From: Flectonema sp. DT1601
Taxonomy: Eukaryota
Direction: 5' to 3'
DNA: 64,000 nucleotides
NCBI GenBank assembly: GCA_964019425.1
Contig: OZ025805.1
Span: 744,001 to 808,000 of the forward strand
Made by a program: the position numbers and the translations under genes
Shown here: one piece after another, positions 12,301-22,300 of the stretch
How positions within the stretch are numbered: the first letter of the stretch is position 1
How the letters are laid out: every line of letters starts with the position of its first letter
Notes under the pieces: generated by a model
Seen by the model: only the letters and a program-made list of their open reading frames with translations
Database searches by the model: none
Told to the model about the DNA's origin: nothing

Positions 12301-14117
12301 ACATCTGGACACGTCACATCGGTTCACCTTTAGCACCAACAAAAGCTTTATTTTGTGAATGCACCAGAATCGCCAGACAGTGCTCATATGTTCTGTTCCA
12401 GACGAGGAACCTCCCCACGTGGCATTCAAGACCACTAATGCGCAGCATTAAAGAAGAACCTGCCACTGCAAGTTTTATAAAAGATGGTAAAGAAATCTTC
12501 CCTGTGGAAGAAGTCAAAATCCACAAAGTAACAAAACTGAAAACGATCGAAAAGCTCACCATTGAAAGATCGTGGCTTGAGAAATGTTTTATCTGGCAAA
12601 CTTGTTACGCATCGGCTCTTTCTATTCTACTTATTGCCAATGGTTCTTCCTCCCCGGCCCCTTCTGTTTTGTTAGATGAGGATGAGCTCACTGGACTCTC
12701 CTTGTCATTCTCTTCTATTTCTTCCATCTCTTTCCAGACTCCCCCACCTGAACTCATGTCAACGGGATCGCAAACACTTCTTACTGATTTTGCTATGGTG
12801 ATAAGAACTCAATCTGACATGGGTTCTCAAACCCCCTTGTACAAAAAAAAAGAAGGAAAATTAAGGCTGAAACTTTCCTTGAAATGCCAGATTTTAGAAA
12901 ACGAATTAGAGCAAATGAAAGAACGAATTTTTTATGTTCTATTTTTATTTTACTTTAATGCGATGTCAGCCTCCCTCGAGAAAGACAAGCAGTTACTAAA
13001 TGGATTACCTGTTGAGATCAAAGCTACCAATCAGGATCCATCCTCACTTCCTCCTGCGCCCCCTGTTTTAATTATTGAAAAAGATAGAAAAGAATATGAA
13101 CTTCTGGAAGGAGTAATTCAACGGTTAACAGCAGAACGCGATGAATCGAAGACTTCTCTTTCTGCACTAGTTCGACAATATGACTTAGTGGAAGATTACA
13201 GGAAACGTGAGCTCGCAAATCTGACTCAGAGAGCAGACCTATCGGAAATGGCGCTCTTTAATTACCATCAAAGGTTTGTTCTTCTGTCGAACGAATTGGA
13301 GACCAAATGTAATGAGGAAAGAGAAAGTAAAATAAGACTTTTCTATACTCAACAGGAGGTCGAGAGTTTGCGTGCCGCGCGTCCCCGCATGACCCACTTT
13401 AGTCAACAAGTTTCCCCCCGAACCCCCGTTTTGTATGAATCTGTTGCTATGATGAAGATAGCAAAGAACTACCTCTCGCTCTTTACAACTACGAGTAGTC
13501 TTTTTACTCCTCTTATTAAACCCCTTATCCCTACCCTTAATTATATCACCCCTCTTTGTCCTCTAGCCTCAATTCCTCCGACAATGCCGCGGAGTGAAGC
13601 TCTCGACCGCACGCCGACCAAGATTTTACGACAAGAGAGTCACGTTATCTCCGTTAAAGAGAATACACCTATTGCGAGACAATGGTCCGAGGGTAGGATT
13701 GACTTACTCGAGAATTACTGTCGAGCAGTAGATGACTCTCTCGAAACAAACGAGAAAGCGGCAGAGCTCTCAGAACAACTTTTGGATGCCCAACTTCGCC
13801 TCTCGGAGCTGAATCACCAACGGTGTACAACTCACGCAGAGCAGCTTGAGCAATCCATGATGTTAACGGGACTGGCGAGCGATTTAAATGCTCAACTCGC
13901 CTTGGCACGGTCTCAAATTGCGGCCCTGAAGTTCCAATTAGCTTCATGGGCAGAAGGTTTGAGTCCGCCAGACACAGAAGAACATGAGGAAAATGAAACT
14001 CCGCCGAGAAAGTCTGAGCGTTCAACTCTGAAAAAACGGACCCCTCCATCAAGATATCGTTACAATCGAAGGAGATGTTCTGCTGATGACGTTCACGGTG
14101 ACTCCACCCCCTTGTAA
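9333..14117 (+). CDS. RT-CCHC-RLE polyprotein with long C-terminal extension; N-terminal zinc fingers lost by 5' truncation
   Basis: RT motifs APGPN, RPIAV, QKGF, DLADAFGSV, GVFQGCVSSPTLFN, FADD and FKYLG; knuckle CVLC..HVLTGC; RFTWRHD; RLE motif RPDI..ELTCP..KEKKY..EVGVRG. The first 8 codons are satellite/junction-derived, so element-derived frame starts at ~9357 and the first ATG is at 9657. Confidence 0.93.
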   Translation: MELTGFLIFVPYNSTTPTFTPLHPSRLKFRSFGTKWKDIDVSAAEKLQTFTVETENSSKPADQLDKLLKTVYQICSGFFEETKRNLPRKQKSREEVILDQEKLECRLEMKQLRQELRKSGPSIENAVKWKEARTRMKRIFRMYRNLEKKNLFKKLQDKFRQNPFTAIKEELQKEDPQPPSLDIPEEKIIEHFKNNYCDNEKKKTDFTHPSFLPKSDYKTMDDIQFPSFEQFGILLSKKKNKCAPGPNCIPYVVWKKVPTFMEALYKVLKRIFELKAYPDSWGLAFVTMLPKPNSDGKDISKTRPIAVGNCDGKIFNTVIQEAVANHTLSKFNFQKGFRKGVSGCIEHATITSEIFKEVKALRKNLTIVWVDLADAFGSVKHQLIFFALKYFGIHERIIGFYKRYYSSMRVQIRVGEGLTPTIPFEVGVFQGCVSSPTLFNLVFQLLLFSLAVHQQEAYEFNNKSLQLLVAAFADDLQLTTSSKAGAKLLIKSLEQFLSWSRGMKAKPQKCIAHSFVQGKPANPDLKINNVPITNLQEAGEFKYLGRWFEPNAKEQKLRERLTTFTRNFLKKVDAMPLYGSQKAWSVQHLLLSRLTWSLMIHDLSLPFAKKMDKIIKPFLKKWWGFVRSANTVILFTGSKNTVGLRHKRVETLYKQAQSIKLDILRSSQDSDMHGVYNVIMEKSSNWSKKFSASAEWERLIKFFSYRSLAKQSAGLGHRLRDLRTTRPDLLKRFEVEATDELLNSLNKLQVQGQWKEWSKCMINDFTWNKVLREGNPAYISFQLKAVTNTLPSQDNLKRWNITNVDQNCVLCGKVNPTLRHVLTGCPVSLTQGRFTWRHDSVLKRIVIFLEELIIKANKRKENLPPPSQTFLKTGENKPLERISKETGELSLANDWVILDDVGDNRLIVPLEVCHVSSSLRPDIFIYSFFAKRALILELTCPNEDRFETSHVLKEKKYLKLRDSIIANGFDCNIFTIEVGVRGNICMDQLNIWTRHIGSPLAPTKALFCECTRIARQCSYVLFQTRNLPTWHSRPLMRSIKEEPATASFIKDGKEIFPVEEVKIHKVTKLKTIEKLTIERSWLEKCFIWQTCYASALSILLIANGSSSPAPSVLLDEDELTGLSLSFSSISSISFQTPPPELMSTGSQTLLTDFAMVIRTQSDMGSQTPLYKKKEGKLRLKLSLKCQILENELEQMKERIFYVLFLFYFNAMSASLEKDKQLLNGLPVEIKATNQDPSSLPPAPPVLIIEKDRKEYELLEGVIQRLTAERDESKTSLSALVRQYDLVEDYRKRELANLTQRADLSEMALFNYHQRFVLLSNELETKCNEERESKIRLFYTQQEVESLRAARPRMTHFSQQVSPRTPVLYESVAMMKIAKNYLSLFTTTSSLFTPLIKPLIPTLNYITPLCPLASIPPTMPRSEALDRTPTKILRQESHVISVKENTPIARQWSEGRIDLLENYCRAVDDSLETNEKAAELSEQLLDAQLRLSELNHQRCTTHAEQLEQSMMLTGLASDLNAQLALARSQIAALKFQLASWAEGLSPPDTEEHEENETPPRKSERSTLKKRTPPSRYRYNRRRCSADDVHGDSTPL

Positions 14118-14289
14118 TTCTCTTTTTCCTTACTTTCACATCATTTTGTTTATTTAGTTTTTTTAGCTTATTTATTATTTATTGTTCGTTTTTGTTTGTA
14201 TTATTTTATCGATATGTTTATGTCCGTCAGATCATAACGTTAATCAGGTTAATTGTTAATTGTTAATTATAAATGGTCTAAACCCCAAT

Positions 14290-14535
14290 CCAAGTTCCCA
14301 AGGCTTGGCATAGATTTGAGTGACGCCTTACTGGCCTCCTCATCCTCTATGAGTGGTGAGGGGGCCAGCAATGGTTTTTTTTTTTTTTTTTTCTCTTATT
14401 TCTTTTTTTCTTTTTCTTTTACTCTAATATGAAATATTTTTGAACAAAATGTGATTATTAATTTAAAAAAAAAAAAAAAAATAAATAATGTAAATGAATA
14501 ATAAAAAAAAAAAAAAAAAAATTATGCCTTGGGAA
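14290..14535 (+). other. Putative structured RNA element at start of the 3' UTR
   Basis: Hairpin ctggcctcctca...tgagggggccag (14331-14368); ttcccaaggc (14295-14304) is the exact reverse complement of gccttgggaa (14526-14535). Both motifs are retained in the minus copy (~24343-24591). Confidence 0.5.
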
Positions 14536-14616
14536 TACAACCAAAGCCCCAATTAATCGGTCCTTTCTTTTTCCTTCTTGTCAAGTGATCGCTCCACTCG
14601 TCGATCACCAAAACCG

Positions 14617-15023
14617 ATTGTATTTATATCTGTTCTTTTCTCAACGATCGGCTATACCGATCATTTTTTTAAAATAATTGTTTTCTTCTTCTCGACGATC
14701 AGATCAAATTGATCGACCTTTTTTTTTTTTTTTTTTTCCTTTATTCCTTCCATCCCTCCCGCTCCCCTAATTTTAAATAAAAACAAGATCAGCTCAGCTT
14801 GATCGTTAATCTTTTTTTTCTTTTTTAATTTAAACTGATTGTATTTATATCTGTTTATTTTTCTCAACGATCGGCTATACCGATCAACCTTTAAAATAAT
14901 TTCTTCTTCTCGACGATCAGATCCAATTGATCAACCTTTTCTTTTTTTTTCCTCTATTCCTTCCATCCCTCCCGCTCCCCTATTTGTAATAAAAACAAGA
15001 TCAGCTCAGCTTGATCGTTAATT
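14617..15023 (+). repeat. Two diverged ~190 bp direct repeats in the retroelement 3' UTR
   Basis: gattgtatttatatctg...gatcagctcagcttgatcgttaat at ~14617 and ~14837. Also present in copy A' (+25061) and in the minus copy (~23840-24260). Confidence 0.85.
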
Positions 15024-15344
15024 TTTTTTCTTTCTTTTTTGTTGGTCCTAGTCAGGACCTTAAACTGACTAACCGGTCTTAATTTAAATAAGTGTTAACC
15101 TAGTTTCTCTTTTCCTTTTCATTTTCCTTTTAATACTCTCTATCTGGTCTGTTATGTCATATTTCTCAATTAATTTTATCATCCATTTTACTTTTCACTG
15201 TTTCCCATCTACATTTTATTTTCAAATAGTTACGGTCTGTTAAAAAAAAAAAAAGTTTAAATAAGTTAAATCGAACATGTTAACTCAATTCCTCAATTCT
15301 TCCGTCATGGTCATGACATTCTTTTTCGTTTTTCTAATGCACAA

Positions 15345-15439
15345 GAGATACCATCACTCATGAGATACCAACGCACATACGAGATACCAGCACTCCAGAG
15401 ATACCGACACGCTAGAGATACCAAGTCACTTGAGATACC
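15345..15439 (+). repeat. GAGATACC x6 mini-array with 9-11 nt variable spacers
   Basis: Motif starts at 15345, 15362, 15381, 15398, 15415 and 15432. Equivalent arrays at 40406-40500 and, inverted, at 23452-23546. Confidence 0.9.
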
Positions 15440-15689
15440 TCCTTGTAAATTAATTCCCGGTATTTCAAATTTGAATTGATAGTGTCAACTCTGCTTGCTG
15501 CTCTTGTTCATGTGTTGTCTCCTGAAAGTGATCTTAACTCCTATAAAAAGAAAAAAAAAAAAAAAGAAATCAAAAAAGAAGAATTTTCAAACGAAGTTAT
15601 AACAACCCCTACCACCCATTATGATCAATTCCGCTTGTTTTTTTTTTTTTTTTAAAAACAAATAAAACAAATAAAAAAAAAAAATTATA

Positions 15690-16995
15690 AAAGATCAAAC
15701 AATGTTATCATTGTTTTTTTTTATCGATCGACTCTGTCGACTAATTTCTATTTTCCGTTTTTTTTCTTTAAAAAATAAATAAAAAGAATTTAAAAAAAAA
15801 AAAAAAAAAAAGATTAAACAATGTTATCATTGTTTTTTTATCGATCGACTATGTCGATTACTTTCTATTTTCCGTCCTGGTCAAGACGCTAAACTGATTG
15901 TTTTTTTCAAAATTAATAAAAAAGAATATAAAAAAAAAAAAAAAAAAGAATAAACAATGTTATCATTATTTTTTCTATCGTTCGACTTTGTCGACTAATT
16001 TCTATTTTCCGTTTTTTTTCTTTAAAAATAAATAAAAAGAATTTAAAAAACAAAAAAAGAATAAACAATGTTATCATTTTTTTTTTTATCGATCGACTAT
16101 GTCGATCACTTTCTATTTTCCGTCCTGGTCAAGACGCTAAACTGATTGTTTTTTTTTTCAAAATTAAAAAAGAATATAAAAAAGAAAAAATAAAAAAAAA
16201 AAAAGAATAAACAATGTTATCATTGTTTTTTTTATCGATCGACTCTGTCGACTAATTTCTATTTTCTTTTTTTTCTTTAAAAAATAAATAAAAAGAATTT
16301 AAAAAAAAAAAAAAAAAAAGAAATAAACAATGTTATCATTGTTTTTTTTATCGATCGACTTTGTCGATTACTGTCTACTTTCCGTCCTGGTCAAGACGCT
16401 AAACTGATTTTTTTTTTTTTTTAAAAATTAATAAAAAGAATATAAAAAAAAAAAAAAAAAAAAATGAATAAACAATGTTATCATTGTTTCTTATCGATCG
16501 ACTTTGTCGACTAATTTCTATTTTCCGTCCTGGTCAGGACGCTAAACTGATTGTTTTTTCTTTAAGAAATAAATAAAAAGATAAATAAAAAAAAAAAAAA
16601 AAAAAAGGAATAAACAATGTTATCATTGTTTTTTTTATCGATCGACTATGTCGATTACTTTCTATTTTCCGTCCTGGTCAGGACGCTAAACTGATTGTTT
16701 TTTCTTTAAGAAATAAATAAAAAGTTAAAAAAAAAAAAAAAAAAAAAAAAGGAATAAACAATGTTATCATTGTTTTTTTTTTATCGATCGACTATGTCGA
16801 TTACTTTCTATTTTCTGTCCTGGTCAAGACGCTAAACGGTAGTTTTTTCTTTAAAATAATTAAAAGGATTTAAAAAAAAAAAAAAAAAAAAAAAAGAATA
16901 AACAATGTTATCATTGTTTTTTTTTCTATCGATCGACTATGTCGATTAATTTCTATTTTCCGTCCTGATCGAGACACTAAACTGATTGTTTCCTT
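15690..16995 (+). repeat. 3' UTR tandem array, 10 units of ~110-145 bp with palindromic cores
   Basis: Each unit has aaacaatg-ttat-cattgttt plus atcgatcgactatgtcgat, with or without ccgtcctggtcaagacgctaaactgattg, separated by poly-A tracts. Confidence 0.92.
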
Positions 16996-17443
16996 TTTTT
17001 TTAAATAATAAATAAAAAAAAAAAATAAAAAAAAAAAAAAAAAAGAGCATCTCCCTGCTATCCCTCATATCCCCACAATAATATTATACCTTTTCATTTT
17101 CTCTTTCCTTTTCTGGTCTTTATTTTTTTTTTTTCCTTTTTCATACAACGTTTTTTTATTTATATATTTTTTTTTTTTTTTTTTCATGTTTGATTATTTC
17201 CTCTTCATATTTTTTTTCTTTTTTCTTTTCTTTCTTTTTTTTCTTTTTTTTCTCTGCCTCTCTCTTAATTCTGTTCGTTTCTTTGAAACGAAAATTCATT
17301 TGAATATTATTCCTTGGTCAGCAACCATCATTGTCGCCCTTTGGGCCTGTTAAAAAAAATAAAAAATAAAAAGAAAGTTTACATCGGGAATAGGGCAGGA
17401 GCCAAAAGCTCCCAGTCCGTTACTTCCCACTTTATCGAAATTC

Positions 17444-18710
17444 AAAGTTTACGTGTGGAGCTGGCAGGTTTTTAAAAAATTTGCATGGAGTTGGCAGGTT
17501 TTTTGAAACTTTGTGTGTGGGCCGACGAATTTTGCAAACTTTGCGTGTGGAGCTGGCAGGTTTTTAAAAATTTGCGTGGAGTTGTCAGGTTTTTTGAAAC
17601 TTTGCGTGTGGGCTGACGAATGTTGCAAACTTTGCGTGTGGAGCTGGCAAAATTTGCGTGGAATTGGCAAGTTTTTCGAAAGTTTGTGTGTGGAATTGGC
17701 AGGTTTTTAAAAAAATTGCGTGGAGTTGGCAGGTTTTTTAAAACTTTGTGTGGGCTGACGAATTTTGCAAACTTTGCGTGTAGATGGCAGGTTTTGCAAA
17801 ATTTGCATGGAGTTGGCAGGTTTTTTGAAACTTTGTGTGTGGAACTGGCAGGTTTTTAAAAAATTTGCGTTGAGTTGACAGGTTTTTTGAAACTTTGTGT
17901 GTGGGCTGACGAATGTTGCAAACTTTGTGTGTGGAGCTGGCAGGTTTTTAAAAACTTTGCGTGTGGAGCTGGCAGGTTTTTAAAAAAATTGCGTGGAGTT
18001 GACAGGTTTTTTGAAACTTTGTGTGTGGGCTGACGAATTTTGCAAACTTTGCGTGTGGAGTTGGCAGGTTTTTTGAAACTTTGTGTGTGGAACTGGCAGG
18101 TTTTTAAAAAATTTGCGTGGAGTTGGCAAGTTTTTTGAAAGTTTGCGTGTGGAGCTGGCAGGTTTTTAAAAAAATTGTGTGTGGGCTGACGAATTTTGCA
18201 AACTTTGCGTGTGGAGCTGGCACGTTTTTAAAAAATTTGCGTGGAGTTGAGGTTTTTTGAAACTTTGCGTGTGGGCTGACGAATTTTGCAAACTTTGCGT
18301 GTGGAGCTGGCACGTTTTTAAAAAAATTGCGTGGAGTTGGCAGGTTTTTTGAAACTTTGTGTGTGGAGCTAGCAAGTTTTTAAAAAATTTGCGTGGAATT
18401 GACAGGTTTTTTGAAACTTTGCGTGTGGGCTGACGAATTTTGCAAACTTTGCGTGTGGAGCTGGCAGGTTTTTAAAAATTTTGCGTGGAGTTGGCAGGTT
18501 TTTTGAAACTTTGTGTGTGGGCCGACGAATTTTGCAAACTTTGCGTGTGGAGCTGGCAGGTTTTCGAAAAAATTGCGTGGAGTTGGCAAGTTTTTTAAAA
18601 CTTTGTGTGTGGGCTGACGAATTTTGCAAACTTTGCGTGTGGAGTTGGCAGGTTTTTTGATTTTTTTTTTTTTCATGTTTGATTATTTCCTCTTCATATT
18701 TTTATTTTTC

Positions 18711-18742
<32 letters not shown>

Positions 18743-18850
18743 CTCTGCCTCTCTCTTAATTCTGTTCGTTTCTTTGAAACGAAAATTCATTTGAATATTA
18801 TTACTTGGTCAGCAACCATCATTGTCGCCCTTTGGGCCTGTTAAAAAAAA
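17444..18850. repeat. Satellite block 2 (one HOR unit; its 3'-tip fragment is cut by the minus-strand insertion)
   Basis: Same monomers; the tip fragment runs 18661-18850 and stops at gggcctgttaaaaaaaa. Confidence 0.95.
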
Positions 18851-19043
18851 GAATTTCGATAAAGTGGGAAGTAACGGACTGGGAGCTTTTGGCTCCTGCC
18901 CTATTCCCGATGTAAACTTTCTTTTTATTTTTATTTTTTTTTAACAGGCCCAAAGGGCGACAATGATGGTTGCTGACCAAGGAATAATATTCAAATGAAT
19001 TTTCGTTTCAAAGAAACGAACAGAATTAAGAGAGAGGCAGAGG

Positions 19044-19074
<31 letters not shown>

Positions 19075-19309
19075 GAAAAAAAAAAATGAAGAGGAAATAA
19101 TCAAACATGAAAAAAAAAAAAAAAAAAAAAATATATATATATAAATAAAAAACGTTGTATGAAAAAGGAAAAAAAAGAAAAAAAAAAGACCAGAAAAGGA
19201 AAGAGAAAATGAAAAGGTATAATATTATTGTGGGGATATGAGGGATAGCAGGGAGATGCTCTTTTTTTTTTTTTTTTTTTTTTTTTCTTATTTATTATTT
19301 AAAAAAAGG

Positions 19310-22300
19310 AAACAATCAGTTTAGCGTCTTGATCAGGACGGAAAATAGAAATTAATCGACATAGTTGATCGATAGAAAAAAAAACAATGATAACATTGTT
19401 TATTCATTTTTTTTTTTTTTTTTTTTTTTTAAATCTTTTTAATTATTTTAAAGAAAAAACAATCAGTTTAGCGTCTTGACCAGGACGGAAAATAGTAAGT
19501 AATCGACATAGTCGATCGATAAAAAAAAACAATGATAACATTGTTTATTCCTTTTTTTTTTTTTTTATTCTTTTTATTTATTTTTAAAGAAAAAACAATC
19601 AGTTTAGCGTCCTGACCAGGACGGAAAATAGAAAGTAATCGACATAGTCGATCGATAAAAAAAAACAATGATAACATTGTTTATTCTTTTTTTTTTTTTT
19701 TATTTTAATTCTTTTTATTTATTTTTTAAAAAGAAAAAAATGGAAAATAGAAATTAGTCAACAAAGTCGAACGATAAAAAAAAACAATGATAACATTGTT
19801 TATTCTTTTTTTTTTTATTTTTTTTATATTCTTTTTTATTAATTTTGAAAAAAAAAACAATCAGTTTAGCGTCTTGACCAGGACGGAAAATAGAAAGTAA
19901 TCGACATAGTCGATCGATAAAAAAAACAATGATAACATTGTTTATTCTTTTTTTTTTTTATTTTAAATTCTTTTTATTTATTTTTTAAAGAAAAAAAACG
20001 GAAAATAGAAATTAGTCGACAAAGTCGAACGATAAAAAAAAACAATGATAACATTGTTTATTCTTTTTTTTGTATTTTTTTATATTCTTTTTTATTAATT
20101 TTGAAAAAAAAACAATCAGTTTAGCGTCTTGACCAGGACGGAAAATAGAAAGTAATCGACATAGTCGATCGATAAAAAAAACAATGATAACATTGTTTAT
20201 TCTTTTTTTTTTTTTTTTTTTTAAATTCTTTTTATTAATTTTTTAAAGAAAAAAACGGAAAATAGAAATTAGTCAACAAAGTCGAACGATAAAAAAAAAC
20301 AATGATAACATTGTTTATTCTTTTTTTTTATTTTATTTTTTTTAATATTTTTTTTTATTTTGAAAAAAAAAACAATCAGTTTAGCGTCTTGACCAGGACG
20401 GAAAATAGAAAGTAATCGACATAGTCGATCGATAAAAAAAAACAATGATAACATTGTTTATTCTTTTTTTTTATTTTAAATTCTTTTTATTTATTTTTTA
20501 AAGAAAAAAAACGGAAAATAGAAATTAGTCGACAAAGTCGAACGATAAAAAAAAAACAATGATAACATTGTTTATTCTTTTTTTTTTTGTATTTTTTTTT
20601 ATATTCTTTTTTATTAATTTTGAAAAAAAAAACAATCAGTTTAGCGTCTTGACCAGGACGGAAAATAGAAAGTGATCGACATAGTCGATCGATAAAAAAA
20701 CAATGATAACATTGTTTATTCTTTTTTTTTATTTTAAATTCTTTTTATTTATTTTTTAAAGAAAAAAAAAAGGAAAATAGAAATTAGTCGACAAAGTCGA
20801 ACGATAAAAAAAACAATGATAACATTGTTTATTCTTTTTTTTGTATTTTTTTATATTCTTTTTTATTAATTTTGAAAAAAAAAAAACAATCAGTTTAGCG
20901 TCTTGACCAGGACGGAAAATAGAAAGTGATCGACATAGTCGATCGATAAAAAAAAACAATGATAACATTGTTTATTCTTTTTTTTTATTTTGAATTCTTT
21001 TTATTTATTCTTTAAAGAAAAGAAACGGAAAATAGAAATTAGTCGACAAAGTCGAACGATAAAAAAAAACAGTGATAACATTGTTTTTCCTTTTTTTTTT
21101 TTTTTTTTATATTCTTTTTTATTAATTTTGAAAAAAAAAAAACAATCAGTTTAGCGTCTTGACCAGGACGGAAAATAGAAAGTGATCGACATAGTCGATC
21201 GATAAAAAAACAATGATAACATTGTTTATTCTTTTTTTTTATTTTAAATTCTTTTTATTTATTCTTTAAAGAAAAGAAACGGAAAATAGAAATTAGTCGA
21301 CAAAGTCGAACGATAAAAAAAAAACAATGATAACATTGTTTATTCTTTTTTTTTTTTTTTTTTTTTTATATTCTTTTTTATTAATTTTGAAAAAAAAAAA
21401 CAATCAGTTTAGCGTCTTGACCAGGACGGAAAATAGAAAGTGATCGACATAGTCGATCGATAAAAAAACAATGATAACATTGTTTATTCTTTTTTTTTAT
21501 TTTAAATTCTTTTTATTTATTTTTTAAAGAAAAAAAACGGAAAATAGAAATTAGTCAACAAAGTCGAACGATAAAAAAAACAATGATAACATTGTTTATT
21601 CTTTTTTTTTTTTTTTTTTTTATTCTTTTTTATTAATTTTGAAAAAAAAACAATCAGTTTAGCGTCTTGACCAGGACGGAAAATAGAAAGTGATCGACAT
21701 AGTCGATCGATAAAAAAACAATGATAACATTGTTTATTCTTTTTTTTTATTTTAAATTCTTTTTATTTATTTTTTAAAGAAAAAAAACGGAAAATAGAAA
21801 TTAGTCGACAAAGTCGAACGATAAAAAAAACAATGATAACATTGTTTATTCTTTTTTTTGTATTTTTTTATATTCTTTTTTATTAATTTTGAAAAAAAAA
21901 AACAATCAGTTTAGCGTCTTGACCAGGACGGAAAATAGAAAGTGATCGACATAGTCGATCGATAAAAAAAAACAATGATAACATTGTTTATTCTTTTTTT
22001 TTATTTTAAATTCTTTTTATTTATTCTTTAAAGAAAAGAAACGGAAAATAGAAATTAGTCGACAAAGTCGAACGATAAAAAAAAAACAATGATAACATTG
22101 TTTATTCTTTTTTTTTTTTTTTTTTATATTCTTTTTTATTAATTTTGAAAAAAAAACAATCAGTTTAGCGTCTTGACCAGGACGGAAAATAGAAAGTGAT
22201 CGACATAGTCGATCGATAAAAAAACAATGATAACATTGTTTATTCTTTTTTTTTTATTTTAAATTCTTTTTATTTATTTTTTAAAGAAAAAAAACGGAAA

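Larger units (their letters stand above)
9355..17443 (+). mobile_element. 5'-truncated non-LTR retrotransposon, RLE group (HERO-like), copy A
   Basis: Satellite stops at ggttttttga (9354) and the sequence then matches the interior of the full-length minus copy (tttcgttccttataac). It ends ...ttatcgaaattc at 17443, where satellite resumes (aaagtttacg). Confidence 0.95.

Noticed and set aside
17444..18660. Satellite as an integral part of the element's 3' end
   Set aside because: Copy B ends at the same aattc with no satellite attached, and copy A and the tips resume at different satellite positions.
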